DNA of 64,000 bases from an uncultured Nitrososphaeraceae archaeon (GCA_963729045.1 CAVSMN010000013.1:32001-96000), one strand, 5' to 3'. Counted from the first letter of the stretch, positions 30,417 to 41,006 are shown. Numbers and translations: made by a program. The notes: generated by a model not told the origin, from the letters alone.

Positions 30417-31298
30417 ATGGCGATTGGTGTAATTGGGGTTGGCATGTTAGGTACTGGGATTATAGAACGATTAATAGAACTAGGTACTAAAGTGAATGTT
30501 TACGGTAGGAATAAAGCCAAACTCACTTATTTTCAGGATAAGGGTGCAAAAATATTTAGCGATGCCCGAACCTTGGCTGAACAAAGCGATTTAATAATAA
30601 CCTGTGTTACTAATTTTGAATCATTGAAGGAAATTCTGTTTCAGAAGAATGGTGTGATGAAATGTAGTAACAAGGAACTAATCATTGCAGATTGTACAAC
30701 CGTCAATTCTGATCAATCTTTGTACTGTTCAAATCTTGTAAGGGAGCGGGATGGATTTACGTTCCTGAGCACCCCGGTGATGGGTGGACCCAATGACGCG
30801 AAAAAGGGGGAACTTATTTCTCTTGTTTCAGGAAATGAAACCTCATTTAAAGAAATCCGTCATGTTTTGGAAAAAATTTCCAAACACGTATTTTATGTTG
30901 GCCAAATCAATGGGGTTTCTAATTCCATAAAATTGGCACTCAATCTAAATATAGCCATAATTACCTTGTCCTTGTCTGAGGGATTAATTTTAGCCAAACA
31001 TAGTGGAATAGATCCAAATCTCTATTTACAAATCCTTAATCTTACTAAGCTTAAAACTGGAATTAGTGAAAGGAAAGGTCAAATGATGATAAATAATGAT
31101 TATTCGCCTTCTTTTTTCCTAAAAAACATGTTAAAAGATATAGATCTAATGATGGATGCATCACAAGATTTGCGGCTGTTTCTACCCATGACCTCCTTAT
31201 CACAGCAGCTTTTTAGGGCAGCTAACAATAGTGATGATAGAAAAAATAAAGACTACTCGGTAATCTACCAGTTTTTGGAGGAACTAAATTCTAAATGA
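30417..31298 (+). CDS. NAD(P)-dependent beta-hydroxyacid dehydrogenase (3-hydroxyisobutyrate DH family)
   Basis: GVIGVGMLG Rossmann motif, PVMGG, catalytic K in IKLALN, F.LKNMLKD. Confidence 0.88.
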   Translation: MAIGVIGVGMLGTGIIERLIELGTKVNVYGRNKAKLTYFQDKGAKIFSDARTLAEQSDLIITCVTNFESLKEILFQKNGVMKCSNKELIIADCTTVNSDQSLYCSNLVRERDGFTFLSTPVMGGPNDAKKGELISLVSGNETSFKEIRHVLEKISKHVFYVGQINGVSNSIKLALNLNIAIITLSLSEGLILAKHSGIDPNLYLQILNLTKLKTGISERKGQMMINNDYSPSFFLKNMLKDIDLMMDASQDLRLFLPMTSLSQQLFRAANNSDDRKNKDYSVIYQFLEELNSK

Positions 31299-31650
31299 AA
31301 CCATCTCATGATAGATGAAAAAATGTTAAATTAAGAACTGTCATGACCATATTTTTATGTTAAAAAATCTAAGACATTTTGATTTTGATAAGGAAGGCAA
31401 TCTATTATGGTGCCGGGCCGAAATTAATGTTTTTCACACAATCGTCAGTAAATTTTTTTTAGTAATTTATTGCAGATTTTATGTATCATCATTAATATAA
31501 TTTAGTGAAAATGGATAAAATATCATACCAGGCATAGCACATAAAAACTCGATCAAAAATAAAGGCATTATATGGGGAGAAAACCCTGAATTTCTCGCAA
31601 TTATTAGGAAAACTATATATCATTTAATCACGCTATTATAGTATATCTTT

Positions 31651-32166
31651 ATGCGAAGTGTTGACAGTAGTGAAGATCCTTTTGTAAAAATTGCATCTCT
31701 AATAGGAGGGGAAGAATATCATCATGTTGCCAAAGCACTGTTAAAGACTGAAGATTCAACCGACGAAGAAATTGCTGTTGCAACAGGTCTTCGAATAAAT
31801 ATTATTCGAAAAGTTCTATATGATCTTTTTGGAAAGGCTCTGATAACGGGTATTCGCGTTAAAGATGAGAAAAAGGGATGGTTTGTGTATAGATGGAGAG
31901 CAAAGAGAGATAATGTAGATAATTTTATTGACAATCAGAAGAAGAAAATATTGGAAAGATTGCAAAATAGACTTGAATATGAAGAATCATCCGAATTTTA
32001 CCATTGCGGTAATTCTGCTTGTGATAGAATAAAATTTGATTATGCAATTGAACTATTCTTTAAGTGTCCTAATTGTAAAGAACCATTGAATATGGTAGAT
32101 AACAGTAAATTGAAAGATGCATTAAGGTATAAAATAGAACAACTTAGTTCAGATACCGTAAAATAA
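31651..32166 (+). CDS. tfe: Transcription factor E (TFIIE-alpha homolog)
   Basis: TDEEIA..IRKVLY.L, KGWFVYRW, zinc ribbon FKCPNC. Confidence 0.93.
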   Translation: MRSVDSSEDPFVKIASLIGGEEYHHVAKALLKTEDSTDEEIAVATGLRINIIRKVLYDLFGKALITGIRVKDEKKGWFVYRWRAKRDNVDNFIDNQKKKILERLQNRLEYEESSEFYHCGNSACDRIKFDYAIELFFKCPNCKEPLNMVDNSKLKDALRYKIEQLSSDTVK

Positions 32167-32173
32167 CAATTTC

Positions 32174-32881
32174 TTATTTTATTTTGATATTTTTATAATG
32201 TAGTATTATTTCACCATTATTTTTTTTTTGTATTCGTGACAACTTTATTTTTACACTTTCTTTTATTGTCTTGTAGCCTTCTCCACCCACTAATGATATC
32301 GCCTTTTTCCCACCAATTATGAGCGGAGATATAGTGATTATTATCTCATCAAACAAGTTATTTTTTATGACGGACCAATTTATTTCTCCTCCACCCTCCA
32401 CTAAGACATTTGATACACCCTCCTTTTCTAATTGATCAAATAATTTTTTCAAATTCACCTTTTCTCCATTGTCTTCTCCTCTATCCTCTCTATCCTCTTC
32501 TGTTCCTTGGTCTAGCACAATTATTTTGATACCTCTTTCCTCCAATTTTTTCAAATTCTTAGATGGGGCTTTTGAGGTTACCACTACTCTGGTTTCAATT
32601 TGATTTGCTGTTTTTACAATTTTGGAATGAAGGGGGATTCTAGCTTTGCTGTCTATTATTATTCGAATAGGATTTTTAGTACCTTTTTTATTCATACCAT
32701 ATCGTATCGTCAATAATGGATCGTCGTTTATAACTGTAGAAATACCCACCAAAATTACATCTGTTTCTCTTCTTAATCCGTGAACACGTTTGAGATCTAA
32801 TGCCGATGAAATTTTTGTGTCGCCATTAACAGTCGCGATTTTTCCATCAATACTAATAGCCGCATTTAGTATTATTTTCAT
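32174..32881 (-). CDS. arfC: 2,5-diamino-6-ribosylamino-4(3H)-pyrimidinone 5'-phosphate reductase
   Basis: AAISIDGKIA, D.ILVG..TV..DDP.LT, VLVEGGG; last gene of the riboflavin operon. Confidence 0.9.
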   Translation of the reverse strand: MKIILNAAISIDGKIATVNGDTKISSALDLKRVHGLRRETDVILVGISTVINDDPLLTIRYGMNKKGTKNPIRIIIDSKARIPLHSKIVKTANQIETRVVVTSKAPSKNLKKLEERGIKIIVLDQGTEEDREDRGEDNGEKVNLKKLFDQLEKEGVSNVLVEGGGEINWSVIKNNLFDEIIITISPLIIGGKKAISLVGGEGYKTIKESVKIKLSRIQKKNNGEIILHYKNIKIK

Positions 32882-32896
32882 TCGTCGCTGATACCT

Positions 32897-34282
32897 TTAT
32901 CTTATTGATGTTTTTTCCAATACAAAATTACCATCAATCATAACTGCTTTTAGTTGTCTCTCAGTGCATCTGTGTACTATTGACATGTGGGGATCATGAA
33001 TCGGATATAGATCTAAATCGTATTTATCAATAAAAAGCAAATCTGCCTGAAATCCCTTTTCAATACTTCCGATATTTAAGTTAAAAATTTTACCGCCATT
33101 TATTGTAGCCATTTTTAGCACCTTCCTTGCATCTAGAAATCTAGTATTCCTTTCAACAGCTCTTTGACTCTTTATGAGAAAATCCATTTCTCTAAACATG
33201 TCCGGAGAATTAAGCATAACATTATCTGTTCCGATACCTAATTCAAAATTATATTCTAACATTTTTCGTAATGGTACAAAACCTGTTCCAAGCACTCCAT
33301 TGGCTCTCGGGCAAATGACTATTTTCTTTTTGTTCTGATATAATAATTGCAGGTCTGAGTTCGATGGATTGGTAACATGAATATATATGTCAGGGTTTAA
33401 CGTATTAACGGTTCTTTCAATTTCAGTCTTTTTGTACTTTTTTACAGATTCCATTACTGCTGTTTCGGCCTCCGCAGCATGTATTGCTACCACTGGATTC
33501 TTCCTATGACTTTTCAATTCAGTTTGACCCTGACCTTGACCTTCTTCATATTTCATAATTATTTTATTATACAGCCGTAACATTTCATCAGTATTTTCGT
33601 TTGCACCACTAATGCCAAAGCCATCACAATTCTCAATTATTTTACTACCCTGATTAATAATATGGTTTTCTTCTATCCGGTTCGGGTTTCCTAAAGTTTT
33701 ACTCTTTGACCCGATATCTTTACCATTTTCAAGAAATCTAGTGGTAGTACCCGTTTCCTCATAATTCACATTAAAATCAATTCTTCCCAGTATGATCTTC
33801 TTTATAGGTATATTTTCTAAAGCATTTTGTATGAGGGTTATTCCTTCTAGTCCTCCTTCCCTGAAATCCACAAAGGTAGTTATTCCCTTATGTAGCATTG
33901 ACATTGCTGCATTTCTAATCATTTGCATTAACTGAGAACTTGGAGTTCTTTCGAGTATTGTCTTCTTAATACCATACTGTGGATGTATTCTTTGATTTAA
34001 ATCCGAACTAGCTGAGACGTCTTTTCCTATGGCGTCTCCTATATGAACATGAGAATTTATTAATCCTGGGAGGAGAATAAAACCTTCTGCATCAATAATG
34101 TCTATTTTATTATCCTTATTGACTGAATTGTTTATTACATTGCCTTTTTTTTCTGTATTTTTTTTGGATGTGAATACATCTTCAATCGTTCCATCTTCAT
34201 TAATTAGTATAGATCCATTCTGAACTATTTGAAGTTCCTTACCAAACAAAATGTACGCATTTTTTATTAATGATTTTTTCAA
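32897..34282 (-). CDS. Metal-dependent amidohydrolase in the riboflavin operon
   Basis: PGLINSHVH (HxH), IHAAE, GIGTDN; overlaps the stop of the GTP cyclohydrolase gene. Confidence 0.85.
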   Translation of the reverse strand: MKKSLIKNAYILFGKELQIVQNGSILINEDGTIEDVFTSKKNTEKKGNVINNSVNKDNKIDIIDAEGFILLPGLINSHVHIGDAIGKDVSASSDLNQRIHPQYGIKKTILERTPSSQLMQMIRNAAMSMLHKGITTFVDFREGGLEGITLIQNALENIPIKKIILGRIDFNVNYEETGTTTRFLENGKDIGSKSKTLGNPNRIEENHIINQGSKIIENCDGFGISGANENTDEMLRLYNKIIMKYEEGQGQGQTELKSHRKNPVVAIHAAEAETAVMESVKKYKKTEIERTVNTLNPDIYIHVTNPSNSDLQLLYQNKKKIVICPRANGVLGTGFVPLRKMLEYNFELGIGTDNVMLNSPDMFREMDFLIKSQRAVERNTRFLDARKVLKMATINGGKIFNLNIGSIEKGFQADLLFIDKYDLDLYPIHDPHMSIVHRCTERQLKAVMIDGNFVLEKTSIR

Positions 34283-35076
34283 TTCGATTCAAAAACATTA
34301 ATTATTTTTCCGCTTCTTCTGTAGGCTCTTATTGAATCAAGTGATTTGGTTGCTTCCTCTGCAGCTTTTCTTGCGTTAATGCCATTTCCTATACCGCAAT
34401 TCAGCTTGATTCCAGTTGAATTTATTAAAAAATTAACTATTTCTGCTATTTTTTTTATTTGGATATCATTTTTTGCAACAATCATAAAATTATCTCCTCC
34501 CAAAAAGAAAGTCAAACTTTCTTCCTTGAGGAATGAATCTGATATTGCCAAATAAAGTCTCATTATTAAATTTGTGATTTCGTAGGTTGAAAGATTTTTA
34601 GCTATCGAGGTAGAGCCATTGACGTCTATGTGTAATATTTTTAAGTTGTTATGGCCTCTTTGATTTTCTAATTCAATAGTTTGTTGGCCCTCTTGTACCT
34701 TGAAATTTTCTCGTATACCGTAAATATTTGGAAAGATCATGTTTTTTGCATCTCTTTTTATCTCATGTATTGCCTTGTCAGCTTCTAGTGGAGTTTTTCC
34801 AGTCCCTATCGTCATTGATATCTTTATGTTTTCATTTTTTTTTGAAACCCTGTCATGGATTTCTTTATGATCAGGTAAGCTAATTTCATTTGTAACTGCA
34901 ATAAACTCATCAAATCGGTTAGAAAATACTAATCCGTTTTTAGCAGAAAAACATTCTTGAAGATCTGCATACATTTTTGACTGCAGAATTTGTAAAGCAT
35001 ATTCCCTGTCACTACCTAGGGTTAGAGTCCATGCACCATAACCCTCTAATTTTATTACTGTTATTTGACAAACCAA
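34279..35076 (-). CDS. gch3: GTP cyclohydrolase IIa (archaeal GCH III)
   Basis: YG.WTLTLGSDRE..LQ.LQ, RFD, HID and F.GGDNFM motifs. Confidence 0.9.
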   Translation of the reverse strand: MVCQITVIKLEGYGAWTLTLGSDREYALQILQSKMYADLQECFSAKNGLVFSNRFDEFIAVTNEISLPDHKEIHDRVSKKNENIKISMTIGTGKTPLEADKAIHEIKRDAKNMIFPNIYGIRENFKVQEGQQTIELENQRGHNNLKILHIDVNGSTSIAKNLSTYEITNLIMRLYLAISDSFLKEESLTFFLGGDNFMIVAKNDIQIKKIAEIVNFLINSTGIKLNCGIGNGINARKAAEEATKSLDSIRAYRRSGKIINVFESN

Positions 35077-35077
35077 C

Positions 35078-35536
35078 CTAATCTACTATTTGTATATCGT
35101 TACTTTTCATTTTATTATTTCTTATTTTTCTTAGTCTCTTTCCCATCTCGATCGCGGTATAAACTGCATGATGAGATGTGGGAATTATTCTTGCTTCGGC
35201 CTGCTCAAATGTCATATCTGGCCCGGTGATCCCTAAGGATATGGGTTTATCATATTTTAAAGAAAGTTCGCAAAGTAACTTGGCTGTGCTGTTAGCTATT
35301 ACTCTGTCATGACTGGTATCACCTTTTATTATTGCCCCCAGGGTCACTACTGCATCAACATCCTTTTTTTTTAGAATCGCTTGTACTACAATAGGCATAT
35401 CAAATACACCGGGAACAAAGCAAACGTAGGTTATTTTTGATGAAAATTCCTTTGCATATTTCTTGGCCTCACTCAGCATAGCAAAGGTTATTTCATTATT
35501 AAATTCTGAAACAACAATCCCAATTCTTATTTTCAT
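35078..35536 (-). CDS. ribH: 6,7-dimethyl-8-ribityllumazine synthase
   Basis: IVVSEFN, VPGVFDMP and LGAIIKGDTSH motifs. Confidence 0.95.
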   Translation of the reverse strand: MKIRIGIVVSEFNNEITFAMLSEAKKYAKEFSSKITYVCFVPGVFDMPIVVQAILKKKDVDAVVTLGAIIKGDTSHDRVIANSTAKLLCELSLKYDKPISLGITGPDMTFEQAEARIIPTSHHAVYTAIEMGKRLRKIRNNKMKSNDIQIVD

Positions 35537-36246
35537 CTCTGTTTTTCGAATGATTCCGCATAGGTTATCAAATCTTTTGCCTCGATGATTACTAGATTGT
35601 TTTCCTTTGCATATTCGACTGCATCCTTATACGATAAGGCTTTGTAACTGTGGGGATCTAACATCTCACAAATAGTTGTGACGTTCGTCATATCAGCAAT
35701 TTTAGTAAGAAAGATTGACATCTCTGTGTGTCCTTTTCTTTCATTGAGTAACCCTTTCGAAGAAATTAGAATAGGTACGTGTCCCGGTGTTCTAAAGTTG
35801 CTACGAAACTTTTCAATCGTTTCTTTCTGATCTTTCTGATAATCACTCAAATCATTACAAATATTTGCTAGTGATGAAATGGTTAAAGCTCTGTCACGAT
35901 CAGTTATTCCAGTGTAAGTGTTAATGTGGTTTAGCGTAACGGAAAAAGATGGTCTGTCACCATACGGTGAGCTGTTACTATTAATAGAAGAAATGGTTTG
36001 ATTCGTGGGTCCAAAAATATTTAGTACATCGTAAATAAATGGCAACCCCAATTTTGTGGCTATCTCCTTTGATATTGCCGTGCAGATCAACCCTCCAGCA
36101 TCCTTTCTCATTGTAGCAATGTGTTTCGGAGATATATTATTAGAAGATACGACCATGTCAACCTCGTCTTCACGACCATCATCATCATGAATTAAAACGA
36201 AATTTCCATTCTTTAACGAAGTTATGGCTTCAGATATCCTTGTCAA
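35533..36246 (-). CDS. ribB: 3,4-dihydroxy-2-butanone 4-phosphate synthase
   Basis: DDDGREDEVD, TGITDRDRALT, FRTPGH, RKGHTE and CEM motifs. Confidence 0.95.
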   Translation of the reverse strand: MTRISEAITSLKNGNFVLIHDDDGREDEVDMVVSSNNISPKHIATMRKDAGGLICTAISKEIATKLGLPFIYDVLNIFGPTNQTISSINSNSSPYGDRPSFSVTLNHINTYTGITDRDRALTISSLANICNDLSDYQKDQKETIEKFRSNFRTPGHVPILISSKGLLNERKGHTEMSIFLTKIADMTNVTTICEMLDPHSYKALSYKDAVEYAKENNLVIIEAKDLITYAESFEKQR

Positions 36247-36269
36247 TTATATTTTTTTATACTTTAATG

Positions 36270-36926
36270 TTAATATATCTTACTATTTTTCTTGTTATTA
36301 CCAGAAAATTGGTAGATATTTGATATATATCTTGATAGTATGTCTACCTCAATGTTAACCGCATCGCCTTCCTTCTTGATTCCCAGTGTTGTGTTCTCCA
36401 AAGTATGAGGAATCAGTGCTATTTCAACGATACTCTTTCTAACGGTTACGACAGTGAGACTTATTCCGTCTATTGCTATAGAGCCCTTTTGAGCAATAAG
36501 AGGCAATAAATCTTTATTTAATATTTCTATCTTAATTCTACTTCCCAGGTTCCCTCTTTCTAATTTTTTGATTATGCCAATGCCATCGATGTGCCCTAGC
36601 ACAAAGTGTCCTTCCAGTTTACCTCCAAGGCTTAGACTCCTTTCAACATTTACTTTGTCTCCTATCTTTAAATCAATAAAATTAGTTCTATTGATGGTTT
36701 CATCAATGACCTGAAAAGTGGCTTTGGAATGGTTTAACTTTGAAACAGTTAGACAAACTCCATTTATTGATACACTATCTCCAATTTTGATATCTTTTGG
36801 TTCTGGTAAAACTAGGGTAATTTCGGTGTGGTGATTCGCTTTAATATCGCTCTTCTTAGTCTTTTTACTTTTGTTTTTTTTAATGTTTTCAATTTCACCT
36901 AAATATTCTGTAATTCCGGTAAACAC
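36270..36926 (-). CDS. ribE: Riboflavin synthase (bacterial/eukaryotic trimeric type)
   Basis: N-terminal MFTG, GDSVSINGVCLTV, GHFVLGHIDG, KGSIAIDGISLTV. Confidence 0.93.
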   Translation of the reverse strand: MFTGITEYLGEIENIKKNKSKKTKKSDIKANHHTEITLVLPEPKDIKIGDSVSINGVCLTVSKLNHSKATFQVIDETINRTNFIDLKIGDKVNVERSLSLGGKLEGHFVLGHIDGIGIIKKLERGNLGSRIKIEILNKDLLPLIAQKGSIAIDGISLTVVTVRKSIVEIALIPHTLENTTLGIKKEGDAVNIEVDILSRYISNIYQFSGNNKKNSKIY

Positions 36927-37002
36927 ACTTTGTAATAAACGAAAATATAATTTGAAGATTGTTGAAATCCATCAAATGTTGCTCCTGATAATTTATTTTC
37001 TC

Positions 37003-37878
37003 TTACATTGAGTCTAAAATTCTTCTGGCCTGTTTGTAATGGACCGCGTCTATCATCTTCCCTTCTAACTTTACTGCACCTGCATTAGTGTTTTTCGCGC
37101 TGTCTAAGGCTTGTACTACTTTTTTTGCCCATTCGATGTCCTGGTTTGAAGCATTAAATGCGTTGTGTACATGCTCAATTTGGGATGGATGAATAATACA
37201 TTTTCCATTATAACCCATTTTTTTACCTAGGGCAAGATCTTTTATCAAACCGTTATGATCATGAATGTCTTGCCAGATGGAATCAATAGAGTCAATGCCT
37301 GCAGCTCTAGCATCTACAGGAACTTTTGCTCGACCATACATGAAACCAGCAATGGTCTCCATATCCTGATTATCAATTTTCATGTCGTGTAAGAAATCAA
37401 AAATGCCAAATACCAAAGTAGTAATTCTCGGATCTGATTTAGCTATATTATACGCGTTAACTACTCCCAACGCAGATTCAATAGATGGAATTATTTTAAT
37501 GATCCCTCTTTGAATGTTTTTTGCACTCTCTTCTTTTTCAATTATTCTTGAAATTTCTGCTATTTGTCTGTCATCATCGACCTTTGGAATTACAATTGCA
37601 TCAATCCCTGGGGTGATTATCTTTTTCAAATCTGTAACCATCTGATCGGATGTTGGGGAATTGATTCTTACCGCCAGGATTCGCTCCTTGTTAGCATCAT
37701 CAATCTTATTTATCTCTTGAATTGCTCTTCTTACACTTTCTCTTGCAATTTCTTTATCTTCTTGAGGTACAGAATCTTCTAAATCATAACAGATTATGTC
37801 CGAATTTATTGTTCTAGACTTTTCTAAAAATCTCTGATTATTTCCAGGAATAAAAATTAGACTTCTTGATCTTCCCAC
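37003..37878 (-). CDS. CitE-like CoA-ester lyase (HpcH/HpaI family)
   Basis: RSLIFIPGN, DLEDSVP, GKCIIHPSQI and GKMID motifs. Confidence 0.88.
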   Translation of the reverse strand: MGRSRSLIFIPGNNQRFLEKSRTINSDIICYDLEDSVPQEDKEIARESVRRAIQEINKIDDANKERILAVRINSPTSDQMVTDLKKIITPGIDAIVIPKVDDDRQIAEISRIIEKEESAKNIQRGIIKIIPSIESALGVVNAYNIAKSDPRITTLVFGIFDFLHDMKIDNQDMETIAGFMYGRAKVPVDARAAGIDSIDSIWQDIHDHNGLIKDLALGKKMGYNGKCIIHPSQIEHVHNAFNASNQDIEWAKKVVQALDSAKNTNAGAVKLEGKMIDAVHYKQARRILDSM

Positions 37879-37913
37879 AATATACCTGTATTTACAGACT
37901 GGATATAAAAAAA

Positions 37914-38964
37914 TTAAAGTTTTTGGGGAGTGGTTAAGATCTTTCCTATTTGTTCGGCCCCAGCCATCATTACATGACCTTCCACCATATTTGAGAAAGG
38001 CAATGTAGTGGCAATAAGTGGCTTTATTTTATTTTTGCTTAACCAATAAATGACCTGTTCTAATTCTGCTTTTGTCCCTTGAGTGGAACCAAGCAAGTTG
38101 GTACCTTTGAAGAATAAGAATCTCAAATCTAAGGTAGAATCATAGCCTGTTGTAGCTCCTGTAGCAACGAGTGTGCCTCCCATTTTTAATAGGCCAACTT
38201 CTTGGGGGAAAACGTTTTTTCCAATGTGCTCAAACACCACATCCACACCTTCCTTCTTGGTAATTTCTCTTACTTTTTTATACCAATCAGCCTCTCTATG
38301 ATTTACAACGTTATCTGCGCCAAGTTCCAGACATTTATCCATTTTTTGTTGATTTCCTGCTGTGGCAATGACATTACAATTATACAACTTTGCGATTTGT
38401 ATGCCTGCCATGCCTACACCACTTGTTCCACCCATTATCAATACCGTTTGACCTGGAATTATTCTTGCCCGTCCAACAAGCATGTGCCATGCTGTCATTC
38501 CTACCATTGAAATGGCAGCAGCATCCTCAAATGATACATTTTCTGGTAGTTTTGCCACATTTACTTCCGGTAGATGTGTATATTGAGCAAAACCTCCCCA
38601 CAGCGGACCTGTTTGGAATCCCCATATGGTTCTCTCTTTACAATCATACTCTCTTCCTGCTGTACATTGCTCACATATTCTACAACTCATATTAGAATGA
38701 GATACGACTCTGTCGCCAACCTTGAACTTTGTTACATCTTCTCCTATCTCAACTACTGTTCCTGCCTACATCACTTCCAGAAATGTGAGGAAGCGGTGTT
38801 TTAACCGGATCTCCCCATATTGCCCATAAATCGTTGTAATTATATGATGCCGACTCAACTTTTATCAAAACTTCATTTGCTTTTATTTTTGGTACGTCGA
38901 TGTCTTCAATTTTTACTACTTTAGTAGGATCTTTGTTATATTCTCTAAAAACAGCTGCCTTCAT
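37914..38964 (-). CDS. Zn-binding medium-chain dehydrogenase/reductase (apparent frameshift near 38767)
   Basis: ORFs 38749-38964 and 37914-38690 join as HISGSDV-AGTVVEIGEDVTKFKVGDRVVSHSNMSCRICEQC if one G is removed. Confidence 0.85.
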
Positions 38965-39074
38965 GGGGAGAAGATATTCTAAAACCTTAATATAGTTAAC
39001 TCAAAATCAAAGGTTACTAGATAATAACCCTTAAAACTTAAACAAAAAATTTAAAATTTATTTCAAATCTTATC

Positions 39075-39368
39075 TTATCTTCTATTGATTTTAAAATCCC
39101 TTTTTGGTTGTTGAATTGTAGAAAGTATTTGTTTTAATTCATCGTCTGTTATTGCTCTGTTTAATCTTCCAGTAGTAGCTGCATTTAATAGATAATTTTC
39201 AACAGCTGAAGCAAGCTCTGGCTTGACCATCTTTACATTCATGAGTCTTTGCCTTGCCTCAACATCTAATAACATACCTAGGGCTTTTTGCTTCATTGCC
39301 TCAGCTTCAGCCTGTTGCCTTCTAATTTCATCGTCAGAAGGCTGATGAGATTGTGGGGGGCCAGACAT
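39075..39368 (-). CDS. PDCD5-like DNA-binding protein
   Basis: EARQRLMNVKMVKPELA..VENYL..ITDDELKQIL; adjacent to S19e as in other archaea. Confidence 0.9.
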   Translation of the reverse strand: MSGPPQSHQPSDDEIRRQQAEAEAMKQKALGMLLDVEARQRLMNVKMVKPELASAVENYLLNAATTGRLNRAITDDELKQILSTIQQPKRDFKINRR

Positions 39369-39378
39369 GCTAGATCCT

Positions 39379-39831
39379 CTATGCGTATCTTTCTAAATCT
39401 TTATTAAGTTTAGATATCTCTTTAAAAATTTCAGTGGCTAGTCTGTCAACTCTTTTCATACCTTCGCTTGATATTGATCTACCTTTGCTCTTTTTTTCTA
39501 CATATCCTGATGCCTCTAATTGTTGTAAGGCATTTCTAATGATTGCGCCACCAGCATCTTTATGGTGATCTAAATTATAGCCAATTCTTTTTCTTCCTCC
39601 ATAATAACTTTTTAAATCCGAAATTCCTATTGGGCCATGTAAGTACACCTTTCTTACTAAAGATGCACATCTAGTATACCACCAGTCTCTGTTTTGAGGA
39701 ATTTTTTCTGCATGAGTGCCGGTTTTTACATAACTGGCCCATTCTGGAGGATTTATTTTCTTATCTTTTTTAAGTTGATCTGATAATTTTGATATCAAGT
39801 CATCTGCTGGAACATCAAAAACCTTTGCCAT
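39379..39831 (-). CDS. rps19e: 30S ribosomal protein S19e
   Basis: PEWASYVKTG, WWYTRCAS and IIRNALQQLE motifs. Confidence 0.96.
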   Translation of the reverse strand: MAKVFDVPADDLISKLSDQLKKDKKINPPEWASYVKTGTHAEKIPQNRDWWYTRCASLVRKVYLHGPIGISDLKSYYGGRKRIGYNLDHHKDAGGAIIRNALQQLEASGYVEKKSKGRSISSEGMKRVDRLATEIFKEISKLNKDLERYA

Positions 39832-39916
39832 TTAATATTACAAATTTCTTTCATTAATTTTCCCTTATAATCCTTATTCTTTATCTTGTCATCTGTATGC
39901 CCAAATGAACAAAATA

Positions 39917-40225
39917 TCAGATTTGATTGGGTTTTTCAATAATTTTTCTATAAGTGTGACCACATAATTTGCAGGTTATCCTTAAAGCCTTTGTATTCGA
40001 TCTACCTATCCTAATGATTGAATCCCTACCTGGGATGATAAATTTTTTACATTGCTTACAAAAAAGAAGCTTGTATTCAAAAGGTATTTTTAGTTTATAC
40101 TTTAAGATAATTTTTTTAGCAATCACAATATGGTGGTCAGAGAATTCATCTCTAGAATATAGTGCTCTATCAATCAAAACCTTTACTCTTTGCATCGCTA
40201 TTTGTTTTATAACGCTCTTCTTCAT
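39917..40225 (-). CDS. rnp4: RNase P protein component 4 (Rpp21)
   Basis: IA..R...L, FCKQC..IPG and TCKLCG zinc motifs. Confidence 0.88.
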   Translation of the reverse strand: MKKSVIKQIAMQRVKVLIDRALYSRDEFSDHHIVIAKKIILKYKLKIPFEYKLLFCKQCKKFIIPGRDSIIRIGRSNTKALRITCKLCGHTYRKIIEKPNQI

Positions 40226-40305
40226 GACATACCTTTTTGTGATTGACTTGCTGTTTGCATTATATATCTTTAAATAATAATTATTTCCCTTTAAATCAGT
40301 ATCAT

Positions 40306-40992
40306 TTGTTAAATTTGATCATAGCAGATACTTCTCTTGAAATTATACCTATCAATGTTTTCAAGCATCCATCTCTTAAAAAAATTCGTAATAGTGGGAA
40401 AAAGCCCAAAGAAATCTTGTTAGATAGATCTCTTCACCATTTCGCTATGATGTCTGCTAAACTGGATGAGGATTATAAGAGGGGGAGACCAGATATCCTT
40501 CACATTGCTTTGCTTAATGCATTAGCCACGCCTCTATACAAACGAAACCATCTTAGGGTGTTTATTCATACAGTTGATAATAACGTTATTTTAGTAGGGA
40601 ATAATGTTAGGTTTCCCAAGTCTTATTTTCGATTTGAAGGTCTGATGTTAAATCTTTTTAGAGATAAGAAAATAATTTCAGAAGATGGGCAGTTATTATT
40701 GGATCTTCGACCTAATACTAATTTTGGAGATTTATTAAAGGTGTTTGTTAAACCTGAAATAGTATTGGGTTTTTCAATAACAGGTACCTATGAGAGCCTT
40801 GAATCGATAGGTGCTGATCTGGCATCATATACAAATGGATGTGTTGTTATTGGAGGCTTCCCAAAGGGACATTTCTCAAAAAACATTGAATCCTATTTTG
40901 ACAAAAAGTTATCCGTATCAGACATGGGATTAGAATCCCAAATAGTTATCTCTCGATTGTTATATGAATATGAAAAAAATATTCTAGTCTAA
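40306..40992 (+). CDS. nep1: 16S rRNA pseudouridine N1-methyltransferase Nep1
   Basis: LLDRSLHH, RGRPDILH..LL, R.PKSY.RF.GLM and IGGFPKG motifs. Confidence 0.92.
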   Translation: MLNLIIADTSLEIIPINVFKHPSLKKIRNSGKKPKEILLDRSLHHFAMMSAKLDEDYKRGRPDILHIALLNALATPLYKRNHLRVFIHTVDNNVILVGNNVRFPKSYFRFEGLMLNLFRDKKIISEDGQLLLDLRPNTNFGDLLKVFVKPEIVLGFSITGTYESLESIGADLASYTNGCVVIGGFPKGHFSKNIESYFDKKLSVSDMGLESQIVISRLLYEYEKNILV

Positions 40993-41006
40993 AAAAATTA
41001 ATGGGC

